In this document: positions 12,001 to 27,000 of the stretch, one piece after another
Layout: every line of letters starts with the position of its first letter
How positions within the stretch are numbered: position 1 is the first letter of the stretch
From: Eledone cirrhosa
Lineage: Eukaryota
Length of the DNA: 64,000 nt
Direction: 5' to 3'
NCBI GenBank assembly: GCA_964016885.1
Contig: OZ024741.1
Span: forward strand, 102,424,001-102,488,000
Made by a program: the position numbers and the translations under genes
Notes under the pieces: model-generated
Told to the model about the DNA's origin: nothing
Databases searched by the model: none
The model's input: only the letters and a program-made list of their open reading frames with translations

Positions 12001-15000
12001 AGAAGACATTACTGACTGAGATGGCTTGTCACAGAAGACCAGTGTATAGAGAGGTGGGAGTTATGACAGAAGACATTACTGACTGAGATGGCTGGTCACA
12101 GAAGGCCAGTGTATAGTGAGGTGGGAGTTATGACAGAAGACATTACTGACTGAGATGGCTGTTCACAGAAGGCCAGTGTATAGTGAGGTGGGAGTTATGA
12201 CAGAAGACATTACTGACCGAGATGGCTGGTCACAGAAGGCCAGTGTATAGTGAGGTGGGAGATATGACAGAAGACATTACTGACTGAGATGGCTGGTCAC
12301 AGGGGGACAGTGTAGAGTGAGATAGTAGTTATGACAGAAGACATTACTGACTGAGATGGCTGATCACAGAAGGCCAGTGTATAGTGAGGTGGGAGTTATG
12401 ACAGAAGACATTACTGACTGAGATGGCTGGTTACAGGGGGCCAGTGTACAGTGAGATAGTAGTTATGACAGAAGACATTACTGACTGAGATGGCTGGTCA
12501 CAGAAGGCCACTGTATAGTGAAGTGGGAGTTATGACAGAAGACATTACTGACTGAGATGGCTGGTCACAGAAGGCCAGTGTATAGTGAGGTGGGAGTTAT
12601 GACAGAAGACATTACTGACTGAGATGGCTGATCACAGGAGACCAGTGTATAGTGAGGTGGGAGTTATGACAGAAGACATTACTGACAGAGATGGCTGGTC
12701 ACAGAAGGCCAGTGTATAGTGAGATAATAGTTATGACAGAAGACATTACTGACTAAGATGGTTGATCACAGAAGGCTAGTGTATAGTGAGCTGGGAGTTA
12801 TGACAGAAGACATTACTGACTGAGATGGCTGATCACAGAAGGCCAATGTATAGTGAGGTGGGAGTTATGACAGAAGACATTACTGACTGAGATGGCTGAT
12901 CACAGAACGCCAGTGTATACTGAAGTGGTAGTTATGACAGAAGACATTACTGACTGAGATGGCTGGTCACAGAAGACCAGTGTATAGTGAGGTGGGAGTT
13001 ATGAAAGAAGATATTACTGACTGAGATGGCTGGTCACAGAAGGCCAGTGTATAGTGAAATGGGAGTTATGACAGAAGACATTACTGACTGAGATGGCTGG
13101 TCACAGAAGGCCAGTGTATAGTGAGGTGGGAGTTATGAGAGAAGACATTACTGACTGAGATGGCTGGTCACAGAAGGCCAGTGTATAGTGAGGTGGGAGT
13201 TATGACAGAAGACATTACTGACTGAGATGGCTGATCACAAAAGGCCAGTGTATAGTGAGGTGGGAGTTATGACAGAAGACATTACTGACTGAGATGGCTG
13301 GTCACAGAAGGCCAGTGTATAGTGAGATAGTAGTTATGACAGAAGACATTACTGACTGAGATGGCTGATCACAGGAGACAGTGTATAGTGAGGTGGGAGT
13401 TATGACAGAAGACATTACTGACTGAGATGGCTGGTCACAGAAGGCCAGTGTATAGTGAGGTGGGAGTTATGACAGAAGACATTACTGACTGAGATGGCTG
13501 ATCACAGAAGGCCAGTGTATAGTGAGGTGGGAGTTATGACAGAAGACATTACTTACTGAGATGGCTGGTCACAGAAGGCCAGTGTATAGTGAGGTGGGAG
13601 TTATGACAGAAGACATTACTGACTGAGATGGCTGGTCACAGAAGGCCAGTGTATAGTGAGGTGGGAGTTATGACAGAACACATTACTGACTGAGATGGCT
13701 GGTCACAGAAGGCCAGTGTATAGTGAGGTGGGAGTTATGACAGAAGACATTACTGACTGAGATGGCTGGTCACAGAAGGCCAGTGTATAGTGAGGTCGGA
13801 GTTATGACAGAAGACATTACTGACTGAGATGGCTGATCACAGAAGGCCAGTGTATAGTGTGGTGGGAGTTATGACATAAGACATTACTGACTCAGATGGC
13901 TGGTCACAGAAGGCTAATTTATAGTGAGGTGGGAGTTATGACAGAAGACATTACTGACTGAGATGGCTGATCACAGAAGGCCAGTGTATACTGAAGTGGT
14001 AGTTATGACAGAAGACATTACTGACTGAGATGGCTGGTCACAGAAGACCAGTGTATAGTGAGGTCGGAGTTATGAAAGAAGATATTACTGACTGAGATGG
14101 CTGGTCACAGAAGGCCAGTGTATAGTGAGGTGGGAGATATGACAGAAGATATTACTGACTGAGATGGCTGGTCACAGAAGGCCATTGTATACTGAAGTGG
14201 TAGTTATGACAGAAGACATTACTGACTGAGATGGCTTGTCACAGAAGACCAGTGTATAGAGAGGTGGGAGTTATGACAGAAGACATTACTGACTGAGATG
14301 GCTGGTCACAGAAGGCCAGTGTATAGTGAGGTGGGAGTTATGACAGAAGACATTACTGACTGAGATGGCTGATCACAGGAGACCAGTGTATAGTGAGGTG
14401 GGAGTTATGACAGAAGACATTACTGACAGAGATGGCTGGTCACAGAAGGCCAGTGTATAGTGAGATAGTAGTTATGACAGAAGACATTACTGACTAAGAT
14501 GGTTGAGCACAGAAGGCTAGTGTATAGTGAGCTGGGAGTTATGACAGAAGACATTACTGACTGAGATGGCTGGTCACAGAAGGCCAGTTTATAGTGAGGT
14601 GGGAGTTATGACAGAAGACATTACTGACTGAGATGGCTGATCACAGAAGGCCAATGTATAGTGAGGTGGGAGTTATGACAGAAGACATTACTGACTGAGA
14701 TGGCTGATCACAGAACGCCAGTGTATACTGAAGTGGTAGTTATGACAGAAGACATTACTGACTGAGATGGCTGGTCACAGAAGACCAGTGTATAGTGAGG
14801 TGGTAGTTATGAAAGAAGATATTACTGACTGAGATGGCTGGTCACAGAAGGCCAGTGTATAGTGAAATGGGAGTTATGACAGAAGACATTACTGACTGAG
14901 ATGGCTGGTCACAGAAGGCCAGTGTATAGTGAGGTGGGAGTTATGAGAGAAGACATTACTGACTGAGATGGCTGGTCACAGAAGGCCAGTGTATAGTGAG

Positions 15001-18000
15001 GTGGGAGTTATGACAGAAGACATTACTGACTGAGATGGCTGATCACAAAAGGCCAGTGTATAGTGAGGTGGGAGTTATGACAGAAGACATTACTGACTGA
15101 GATGGCTGGTCACAGAAGGCCAGTGTATAGTGAGATAGTAGTTATGACAGAAGACATTACTGACTGAGATGGCTGATCACAGGAGACAGTGTATAGTGAG
15201 GTGGGAGTTATGACAGAAGACATTACTGACTGAGATGGCTGGTCACAGAAGGCCAGTGTATAGTGAGGTGGGAGTTATGACAGAAGACATTACTGACTGA
15301 GATGGCTGATCACAGAAGGCCAGTGTATAGTGAGGTGGGAGTTATGACAGAAGACATTACTTACTGAGATGGCTGGTCACAGAAGGCCAGTGTATAGTGA
15401 GGTGGGATTTATGACAGAAGACATTACTGACTGAGATGGCTGGTCACAGAAGGCCAGTGTATAGTGAGGTGGGAGTTATGACAGAAGACATTACTGACTG
15501 AGATGGCTGATCACAGGAGACCAGTGTATAGTGAGGTGGGAGTTATGACAGAAGACATTACTGACAGAGATGGCTGGTCACAGAAGGCCAGTGTATAGTG
15601 AGATAGTAGTTATGACAGAAGACATTACTGACTAAGATGGTTGATCACAGAAGGCTAGTGTATAGTGAGGTGGGAGTTATGACAGAAGACATTACTGACT
15701 GAGATGGCTGGTCACAGAAGGCCAGTTTATAGTGAGGTGGGAGTTATGACAGAAGACATTACTGACTGAGATGGCTGATCACAGAAGGCCAATGTATAGT
15801 GAGGTGGGAGTTATGACAGAAGACATTACTGACTGAGATGGCTGATCACAGAACGCCAGTGTATACTGAAGTGGTAGTTATGACAGAAGACATTACTGAC
15901 TGAGATGGCTGGTCACAGAAGACCAGTGTATAGTGAGGTGGTAGTTATGAAAGAAGATATTACTGACTGAGATGGCTGGTCACAGAAGGCCAGTGTATAG
16001 TGAAATGGGAGTTATGACAGAAGACATTACTGACTGAGATGGCTGGTCACAGAAGGCCAGTGTATAGTGAGGTGGGAGTTATGAGAGAAGACATTACTGA
16101 CTGAGATGGCTGGTCACAGAAGGCCAGTGTATAGTGAGGTGGGAGTTATGACAGAAGACATTACTGACTGAGATGGCTGATCACAAAAGGCCAGTGTATA
16201 GTGAGGTGGGAGTTATGACAGAAGACATTACTGACTGAGATGGCTGGTCACAGAAGGCCAGTGTATAGTGAGATAGTAGTTATGACAGAAGACATTACTG
16301 ACTGAGATGGCTGATCACAGGAGACAGTGTATAGTGAGGTGGGAGTTATGACAGAAGACATTATTGACTGAGATGGCTGGTCACAGAAGGCCAGTGTATA
16401 GTGAGGTGGGAGTTATGACAGAAGACATTACTGACTGAGATGGCTGATCACAGAAGGCCAGTGTATAGTGAGGTGGGAGTTATGACAGAAGACATTACTG
16501 ACTGAGATGGCTGGTCACAGAAGGCCAGTGTATAGTGAGGTGGGAGTTATGACAGAAGACATTACTGACTGAGATGGCTGATCACAGGAGACCAGTGTAT
16601 AGTGAGGTGGGAGTTATGACAGAAGACATTACTGACAGAGATGGCTGGTCACAGAAGGCCAGTGTATAGTGAGATAGTAGTTATGACAGAAGACATTACT
16701 GACTAAGATGGTTGATCACAGAAGGCTAGTGTATAGTGAGCTGGGAGTTATGACAGAAGACATTACTGACTGAGATGGCTGGTCACAGAAGGCCAGTTTA
16801 TAGTGAGGTGGGAGTTATGACAGAAGACATTACTGACTGAGATGGCTGATCACAGAAGGCCAATGTATAGTGAGGTGGGAGTTATGACAGAAGACATTAC
16901 TGACTGAGATGGCTGATCACAGAACGCCAGTGTATACTGAAGTGGTAGTTATGACAGAAGACATTACTGACTGAGATGGCTGGTCACAGAAGACCAGTGT
17001 ATAGTGAGGTGGTAGTTATGAAAGAAGATATTACTGACTGAGATGGCTGGTCACAGAAGGCCAGTGTATAGTGAAATGGGAATTATGACAGAAGACATTA
17101 CTGACTGAGATGGCTGGTCACAGAAGGCCAGTGTATAGTGAGGTGGGAGTTATGAGAGAAGACATTACTGACTGAGATGGCTGGTCACAGAAGGCCAGTG
17201 TATAGTGAGGTGGGAGTTATGACAGAAGACATTACTGACTGAGATGGCTGATCACAAAAGGCCAGTGTATAGTGAGGTGGGAGTTATGACAGAAGACATT
17301 ACTGACTGAGATGGCTGGTCACAGAAGGCCAGTGTATAGTGAGATAGTAGTTATGACAGAAGACATTACTGACTGAGATGGCTGATCACAGGAGACAGTG
17401 TATAGTGAGGTGGGAGTTATGACAGAAGACATTACTGACTGAGATGGCTGGTCACAGAAGGCCAGTGTATAGTGAGGTGGGAGTTATGACAGAAGACATT
17501 ACTGACTGAGATGGCTGATCACAGAAGGCCAGTGTATAGTGAGGTGGGAGTTATGACAGAAGACATTACTTATTGAGATGGCTGGTCACAGAAGGCCAGT
17601 GTATAGTGAGGTGGGAGTTATGACAGAAGACATTACTGACTGAGATGGCTGGTCACTGAAGGCCCGTGTATAGTGAGGTGGGAGTTATGACAGAAGACAT
17701 TACTGACTGAGATGGCTGATCACAAAAGGCCAGTGTATAGTGAGGTGGGAGTTATGACAGAAGACATTACTGACTGAGATGGCTGGTCACAGAAGGCCAG
17801 TGTATAGTGAGATAGTAGTTATGACAGAAGACATTACTGACTGAGATGGCTGATCACAGGAGACAGTGTATAGTGATTTGGGAGTTATGACAGAAGACAT
17901 TACTGACTGAGATGGCTGGTCACAGAAGGCCAGTGTATAGTGAGGTGGGAGTTATGACAGAAGACATTACTGACTGAGATGGCTGGTCACAGAAGGCCAG

Positions 18001-21000
18001 TGTATAGTGAGGTGGGAGTTATGACAGAAGACATTACTGACTGAGATGGCTGGTCACAGAAGGCCAGTGTATAGTGAGGTGGGAGTTATGACAGAACACA
18101 TTACTGACTGAGATGGCTGGTCACAGGAGACCAGTGTATAGTGAGGTGGGAGTTATGACAGAAGACATTACTGACTGAGATGGCTGGTCACAGAAGGCCA
18201 GTGTATAGTGAGGTCGGAGTTATGACAGAAGACATTACTGACTGAGATGGCTGATCACAGAAGGCCAGTGTATAGTGTGGTGGGAGTTATGACATAAGAC
18301 ATTACTGACTCAGATGGCTGGTCACAGAAGGCTAATTTATAGTGAGGTGGGAGTTATGACAGAAGACATTACTGACTGAGATGGCTGATCACAGAAGGCC
18401 AGTGTATACTGAAGTGGTAGTTATGACAGAAGACATTACTGACTGAGATGGCTGGACACAGAAGACCAGTGTATAGTGAGGTCGGAGTTATGAAAGAAGA
18501 TATTACTGACTGAGATGGCTGGTCACAGAAGGCCAGTGTATAGTGAGGTGGGAGATATGACAGAAGATATTACTGACTGAGATGGCTGGTCACAGAAGGC
18601 CATTGTATACTGAAGTGGTAGTTATGACAGAAGACATTACTGACTGAGATGGCTTGTCACAGAAGACCAGTGTATAGAGAGGTGGGAGTTATGACAGAAG
18701 ACATTACTGACTGAGATGGCTGGTCACAGAAGGCCAGTGTATAGTGAGGTGGGAGTTATGACAGAAGACATTACTGACTGAGATGGCTGATCACAGGAGA
18801 CCAGTGTATAGTGAGGTGGGAGTTATGACAGAAGACATTACTGACAGAGATGGCTGGTCACAGAAGGCCAGTGTATAGTGAGATAGTAGTTATGACAGAA
18901 GACATTACTGACTAAGATGGTTGATCACAGAAGGCTAGTGTATAGTGAGGTGGGAGTTATGACAGAAGACATTACTGACTGAGATGGCTGGTCACAGAAG
19001 GCCAGTTTATAGTGAGGTGGGAGTTATGACAGAAGACATTACTGACTGAGATGGCTGATCACAGAAGGCCAATGTATAGTGAGGTGGGAGTTATGACAGA
19101 AGACATTACTGACTGAGATGGCTGATCACAGAACGCCAGTGTATACTGAAGTGGTAGTTATGACAGAAGACATTACTGACTGAGATGGCTGGTCACAGAA
19201 GACCAGTGTATAGTGAGGTGGTAGTTATGAAAGAAGATATTACTGACTGAGATGGCTGGTCACAGAAGGCCAGTGTATAGTGAAATGGGAGTTATGACAG
19301 AAGACATTACTGACTGAGATGGCTGGTCACAGAAGGCCAGTGTATAGTGAGGTGGGAGTTATGAGAGAAGACATTACTGACTGAGATGGCTGGTCACAGA
19401 AGGCCAGTGTATAGTGAGGTGGGAGTTATGACAGAAGACATTACTGACTGAGATGGCTGATCACAAAAGGCCAGTGTATAGTGAGGTGGGAGTTATGACA
19501 GAAGACATTACTGACTGAGATGGCTGGTCACAGAAGGCCAGTGTATAGTGAGATAGTAGTTATGACAGAAGACATTACTGACTGAGATGGCTGATCACAG
19601 GAGACAGTGTATAGTGAGGTGGGAGTTATGACAGAAGACATTACTTACTGAGATGGCTGGTCACAGAAGGCCAGTGTATAGTGAGGTGGGAGTTATGACA
19701 GAAGACATTACTGACTAAGATGGTTGATCACAGAAGGCCAGTGTATAGTGAGGTGGAAGTTATGACAGAAGACATTACTGACTGAGATGGCTGGTCACAG
19801 AAGGCCAGTGTATAGTGAGGTGGGAGTTATGACAGAACACATTACTGACTGAGATGGCTGGTCACAGGAGACCAGTGTATAGTGAGGTGGGAGTTATGAC
19901 AGAAGACATTACTGACTGAGATGGCTGGTCACAGAAGGCCAGTGTATAGTGAGGTCGGAGTTATGACAGAAGACATTACTGACTGAGATGGCTGATCACA
20001 GAAGGCCAGTGTATAGTGTGGTGGGAGTTATGACATAAGACATTACTGACTCAGATGGCTGGTCACAGAAGGCTAATTTATAGTGAGGTGGGAGTTATGA
20101 CAGAAGACATTACTGACTGAGATGGCTGATCACAGAAGGCCAGTGTATACTGAAGTGGTAGTTATGACAGAAGACATTACTGACTGAGATGGCTGGTCAC
20201 AGAAGACCAGTGTATAGTGAGGTCGGAGTTATGAAAGAAGATATTACTGACTGAGATGGCTGGTCACAGAAGGCCAGTGTATAGTGAGGTGGGAGATATG
20301 ACAGAAGATATTACTGACTGAGATGGCTGGTCACAGAAGGCCATTGTATACTGAAGTGGTAGTTATGACAGAAGACATTACTGACTGAGATGGCTTGTCA
20401 CAGAAGACCAGTGTATAGAGAGGTGGGAGTTATGACAGAAGACATTACTGACTGAGATGGCTGGTCACATAAGGCCAGTGTATAGTGAGGTGGGAGTTAT
20501 GACAGAAGACATTACTGACTGAGATGGCTGTTCACAGAAGGCCAGTGTATAGTGTGGTGGGAGTTATGACAGAAGACATTACTGACCGAGATGGCTGGTC
20601 ACAAAAGGCCAGTGTATAGTGAGGTGGGAGATATGACAGAAGACATTACTGACTGCGATGGCTGGTCACAGGGGGGACAGTGTAGAGTGAGATAGTAGTT
20701 ATGACAGAAGACATTACTGACTGAGATGGCTGATCACAGAAGGCCAGTGTATAGTGAGGTGGGAGTTATGACAGAAGACATTACTGACTGAGATGGCTGG
20801 TCACAGGGGGCCAGTGTACAGTGAGATAGTAGTTATGACAGAAGACATTACTGACTGAGATGGCTGGTCACAGAAGGCCACTGTATAGTGAGGTGGGATT
20901 TATGACAGAAGACATTACTGACTGAGATGGCTGGTCACAGAAGGCCAGTGTATAGTGAGGTGGGAGTTATGACAGAAGACATTACTGACTGAGATGGCTG

Positions 21001-24000
21001 ATCACAGGAGACCAGTGTATAGTGAGGTGGGAGTTATGACAGAAGACATTACTGACTGAGATGGCTGCTCACAGAAGGCCAGTGTATAGTGAGATAGTAG
21101 TTATGACAGAAGACATTACTGACTAAGATGGTTGATCACAGAAGGCCAGTGTATAGTGAGCTGGGAGTTATGACAGAAGACATTACTGACTGAGATGGCT
21201 GGTCACAGAAGGCCAGTGTATAGTGAGGTGGGAGTTATGACAGAAGACATTACTGACTGAGATGACTGATCACAGAAGGCCAGTGTATAGTGAGGTGGGA
21301 GTTATGACAGAAGACATTACTGACTGAGATGGCTGATCACAGAAGGCCAGTGTATACTGAAGTGGTAGTTATGACAAGACATTACTGACTGAGATGGCTG
21401 GTCACAGAAGACCAGTGTATAGTGAGGTGGGAGTTATGAAAGAAGATATTACTGACTGAGATGGCTGGTCACAGAAGGCCAGTGTATAGTGAAATGGGAG
21501 TTATGACAGAAGACATTACTGACTGAGATGGCTGGTCACAGAAGGCCAGTCTATAGTGAGGTATGAGTTATGAGAGAAGACATTACTGACTGAGATGGCT
21601 GGTCACAGAAGGCCAGTGTATAGTGAGGTGGGAGTTATGACAGAAGACATTACTGACTGAGATGGCTGGTCACAGAAGGCCAGTGTATAGTGAGATAGTA
21701 GTTATGACAGAAGATATTACTGACTGAGATGGCTGATCACAGGAGACAGTGTATAGTGAGGTGGGAGTTATGACAGAAGACATTACTGACTGAGATAGCT
21801 GATCACAAAAGGCCAGTGTATAGTGAGGTGGGAGTTATGACAGAAGACATTACTGACTGAGATGGCTGGTCACAGAAGGCCAGTGTATAGTGAGGTGGGA
21901 GTTATGACAGAAGACATTACTGATTGAGATGGCTGGTCACAGAAGGCCAGTGTATAGTGAGATAGTAGTTATGACAGAAGATATTACTGACTGAGATGGC
22001 TGATCACAGGAGACAGTGTATAGTGAGGTGGGAGTTATGACAGAAGACATTACTGACTGAGATGGCTGGTCACAGAAGGCCAGTGTATAGTGAGGTGGGA
22101 GTTATGACAGAAGACATTACTGACTGAGATGGCTGGTCACAGAAGGCCAGTGTATAGTGAGGTGGGAGTTATGACAGAAGACATTACTGACTGAGATGGC
22201 TGATCACAGAAGGCCAGTGTATAGTGAGGTGGGAGTTATGACAGAAGACATTACTGACTGAGATGGCTGGTCACAGAAGGCCAGTGTATAGTGAGGTGGG
22301 AGTTATGACAGAAGACATTACTGACTGAGATGGCTGGTCACAGAAGGCCAGTGTATAGTGAGGTGGGAGTTATGACAGAAGACATTACTGACTGAGATGG
22401 CTGATCACAGAAGGCCAGTGTATAGTGAGGTGGGAGTTATGACAGAAGACATTACTGACTGAGATGGCTGGTCACAGAAGGCCAGTGTATAGTGAGGTGG
22501 GAGTTATGACAGAAGACATTACTGACTGAGATGGCTGGTCACAGAAGGCCAGTGTATAGTGAGGTGGGAGTTATGACAGAAGACATTACTGACTGAGATG
22601 GCTGGTCACAGAAGGCCAGTGTATAGTGAGGTGGGAGTTATGACAGAAGACATTACTGACTGAGATGGCTGGTCACAGAAGGCCAGTGTATAGTGAGGTG
22701 GGAATTATGACAGAAGACATTACTGACTGAGATGGTTAGTCACAGAAGGCCAGTGTATAGTGAGGTGGGAGTTATGACAGAAGACATTACTGACTGAGAT
22801 GGCTGGTCACAGAAGGCCAGTGTATAGTGAGGTGGGAGTTATGACAGAAGACATTACTGACTGAGATGGCTGGTCACAGAGACCAGTGTATAGTGAGGTG
22901 GGAGTTATGACAGAAGACATTACTGACTGAGATGGCTGGTCACAGAAGGCCAGTTTATAGAGAGGTGGGAGTTATGACAGAAGACATTACTGACTGAGAT
23001 GGCTGATCACAGAAGGCCAGTGTATAGTGTGGTGGGAATTATGACATAAGACATTACTGACTGAGATGGCTGGTCACAGAAGGCTAATGTATAGTGAGGT
23101 GGGAGTTATGACAGAAGACATTACTGACTGAGATGGCTGATCACAGGAGACAGTGTATAGTGAGGTGGGAGTTATGACAGAAGACATTACTGACTGAGAT
23201 GGCTGATCACAGAAGGCCAGTGTATACTGAAGTGGTAGTTATGACAGAAGACATTACTGACTGAGATGGCTGGTCACAGAAGACCAGTGTATAGTGAGGT
23301 GGGAGTTATGAAAGAAGATATTACTGACTGAGATGGCTGGTCACAGAAGGCCAGTGTATAGTGAGGTGGGAGTTATGACAGAAGACATTACTGACTGAGA
23401 TGGCTGGTCACAGAAGGCCAGTGTATAGTGAGGTGGGAACTATGACAGAAGACATTACTGACTGAGATGGTTAGTCACAGAAGGCCAGTGTATAGTGAGG
23501 TGGGAGTTATGACAGAAGACATTACTGACTGAGATGGCTGGTCACAGAAGGCCAGTGTATAGTGAGGTGGGAGTTATGACAGAAGACATTACTGACTGAG
23601 ATGGCTGGTCACAGAGACCAGTGTATAGTGAGGTGGGAGTTATGACAGAAGACATTACTGACTGAGATGGCTGGTCACAGAAGGCCAGTTTATCGAGAGG
23701 TGGGAGTTATGACAGAAGACATTACTGACTGAGATGGCTGATCACAGAAGGCCAGTGTATAGTGTGGTGGGAATTATGACATAAGACATTACTGACTGAG
23801 ATGGCTGGTCACAGAAGGCTAATGTATAGTGAGGTGGGAGTTATGACAGAAGACATTACTGACTGAGATGGCTGATCACAGGAGACAGTGTATAGTGAGG
23901 TGGGAGTTATGACAGTAGACATTACTGACTGAGATGGCTGATCACAGAAGGCCAGTGTATACTGAAGTGGTAGTTATGACATAAGACATTACTGACTGAG

Positions 24001-27000
24001 ATGGCTGGTCACAGAAGACCAGTGTATAGTGAGGTGGGAGTTATGAAAGAAGATATTACTGACTGAGATGGCTGGTCACAGAAGACCAGTGTATAGTGAG
24101 GTGGGAGTTATGACAGAAGACATTACTGACTGAGATGGCTGGTCACAGAAGGCCAGTGTATAGTGAGGTGTGAGTTATGACAGAAGACATTACTGACTGA
24201 GATGGCTGGTCACAGAAGGCCAGTGTATAGTGAGGTGGGAGTTATGACAGAAGACATTACTGACTGAGATGGCTGGTCACAGAAGGCCAGTGTATAGTGA
24301 GGTGGGAGTTATGACAGAAGACATTACTGACTGAGATGGCTGGTCACAGAAGGCCAGTGTATAGTGAGGTGGGAGTTATGACAGAAGACATTACTGACTG
24401 AGATGGCTGGTCACAGAAGGCCAGTGTATACTGAGGTGGGAGTTATGACAGAAGACATTACTGACTGAGATGGCTGGTCACAGGAGACCAGTGTATAGTG
24501 AGGTGGGAGTTATGACAGAAGACATTACTGACTGAGATGGCTGGTCACAGAAGGCCAGTGTATAGTGAGGTGGGAGTTATGACAGAAGACATTACTGACT
24601 GAGATGGCTGGTCACAGGAGACCAGTGTATAGTGAGGTGGGAGTTATGACAGAAGACATTACTGACTGAGATAGCTGGTCCAAGAAGGCCTGTTTATAGT
24701 GAGGTGGGAGTTATGACAGAAGACATTACTGACTGAGATGGCTGGTCACAGGAGACCAGTGTATAGTGAGGTGGGAGTTATGACAGAAGACATTACTGAC
24801 TGAGATAGCTGGTCCAAGAAGGCCTGTTTATAGTGAGGTGGGAGTTATGACAGAAGACATTACTGACTGAGATGGCTGGTGACAGGAGACCAGTGTATAG
24901 TGAGGTGGGAGTTATGACAGAAGACATTACTGACTGAGATGGCTGGTCACATAAGGCCAGTGTATAGTGAGGTGGGAGTTATGACAGAAGAAATTACTGA
25001 CTGAGATGTCTGGTCACAGAAGGCCAGTGTATAGTGAGGTGGGAGTTATGACAGAAGACATTACTGACTGAGATGGCTGGTCACAGGAGACCAGTGTATA
25101 GTGAGGTGGGAGTTATGACAGAAGACATTACTGACTGAGATGGCTGGTCACAGAAGGCCAGTGTTTAGTGAGGTGGGAGTTATGACAGAAGACATTACTG
25201 ACTGAGATGGCTGGTCTCAGGAGACCAGTGTATAGTGAGGTGGGAGTTATGACAGAAGACATTACTGACTGAGATGGCTGATCACAGAAGGCCAGTGTAT
25301 AGTGAGGTGGGAGTTATGACATAAGACATTACTGACTCAGATGGCTGGTCACAGAAGGCTAATGTATAGTGAGGTGGGAGTTATGAGAGAAGACATTACT
25401 GACTGAGATGGCTGATCACTGGAGACAGTGTATAGTGAGGTGGGCGTTATGACAGAAGACATTACTGACTGAGATGGCTGGTCACAGAAGGCCAGTGTAT
25501 AGTGAGGTGGGAGTTATGACAGAAGACATTACTGACTGAGATGGCCGGTCACAGAAGGTCAGTGTATAGTGAGGTGGGAGTTATGTCAGAAGACATTACT
25601 GACTGAGATGGCTGGTCACAGGAGACAAGTGTATAGTGAGGTGGGAGTTATGACAGAAGACATTACTGACTGAGATGGCTGGTCACAGAAGGCCAGTGTA
25701 TAGTGAGATAGTAGTTATGACAGATGACATTACTGACTGAGATGGCTGGTCACAGGAGACCAGTGTATAGTGAGGTGGGAGTTATGACAGAAGACATTAC
25801 TGACTGAGATGGCTGGTCACAGAAGGCCAGTGTTTAGTGAGGTGGGAGTTATGACAGAAGACATTACTGACTGAGATGGCTGATCACAGGAGACAGTGTA
25901 TAGTGAGGTGGTAGTTATGACAGAAGACATTACTGACTGAGATGGCTGGTCACAGAAGGCCAGTGTATAGTGAGGTGGGAGTTATGACAGAAGACATTAC
26001 TGACTGAGATGGCTGGTCATAGAAGGCCAGTGTATAGTGAGGTGGGAGTTATGACAGAAGACATTACTGACTAAGATGGTTGATCACAGAAGGCTAGTGT
26101 ATAGTGAGGTGGGAGTTATGACAGAAGACATTACTGACTGAGATGGCTGGTCACAGAAGGCCAGTTTATAGTGAGGTGGGAGTTATGACAGAAGACATTA
26201 CTGACTGAGATGGCTGGTCACAGAAGGCCAGTGTATAGTGAGGTGGGAGTTATGACAGAAGACATTACTGAGTGAGATGGCTGGTCACAGAAGGCCAGTG
26301 TATAGTGAGGTGGGAGTTATGACAGAAGACATTACTGACTGAGATGGCTGGTCACAGGAGACCAGTGTATAGTGAGGTGGGAGTTATGACAGAAGACATT
26401 ACTGACTGAGATGGCTGGTCACAGGAGACCAGTGTATAGTGAGGTGGGAGTTATGACAGAAGACATTACTGACTGCGACGGCTGATCACAGAAGACCAGT
26501 GTATAGTGAGGTGGGAGTTATGACAGAAGACATTACTGACTGAGATGGCTGGTCACATAAGGCCAGTGTATAGTGAGGTGGGAGTTATGACAGAAGACAT
26601 TACTGACTGAGATGACTGGTCACAGAAGGCCAGTGTATAGTGAGGTGGGAGTTATGACAGAAGACATTACTGACTGAGATGGCTGGTCACAGGAGACCAG
26701 TGTATAGTGAGGTGGGAGTTATGACAGAAGACATTACTGACTGAGATGGCTGGTCACAGGAGACCAGTGTATAGTGAGGTGGGAGTTATGACAGAAGACA
26801 TTACTGACTGCGACGGCTGATCACAGAAGACCAGTGTATAGTGAGGTGGGAGTTATGACAGAAGACATTACTGTCTGTGATGGCTGGTCACATAAGGCCA
26901 GTGTATAGTGAGGTGGGAGTTATGACAGAAGACATTACTGACTGAGATGGCTGGTCACAGAAGGCCAGTGTATAGTGAGGTGGGAGTTATGACAGAAGAC

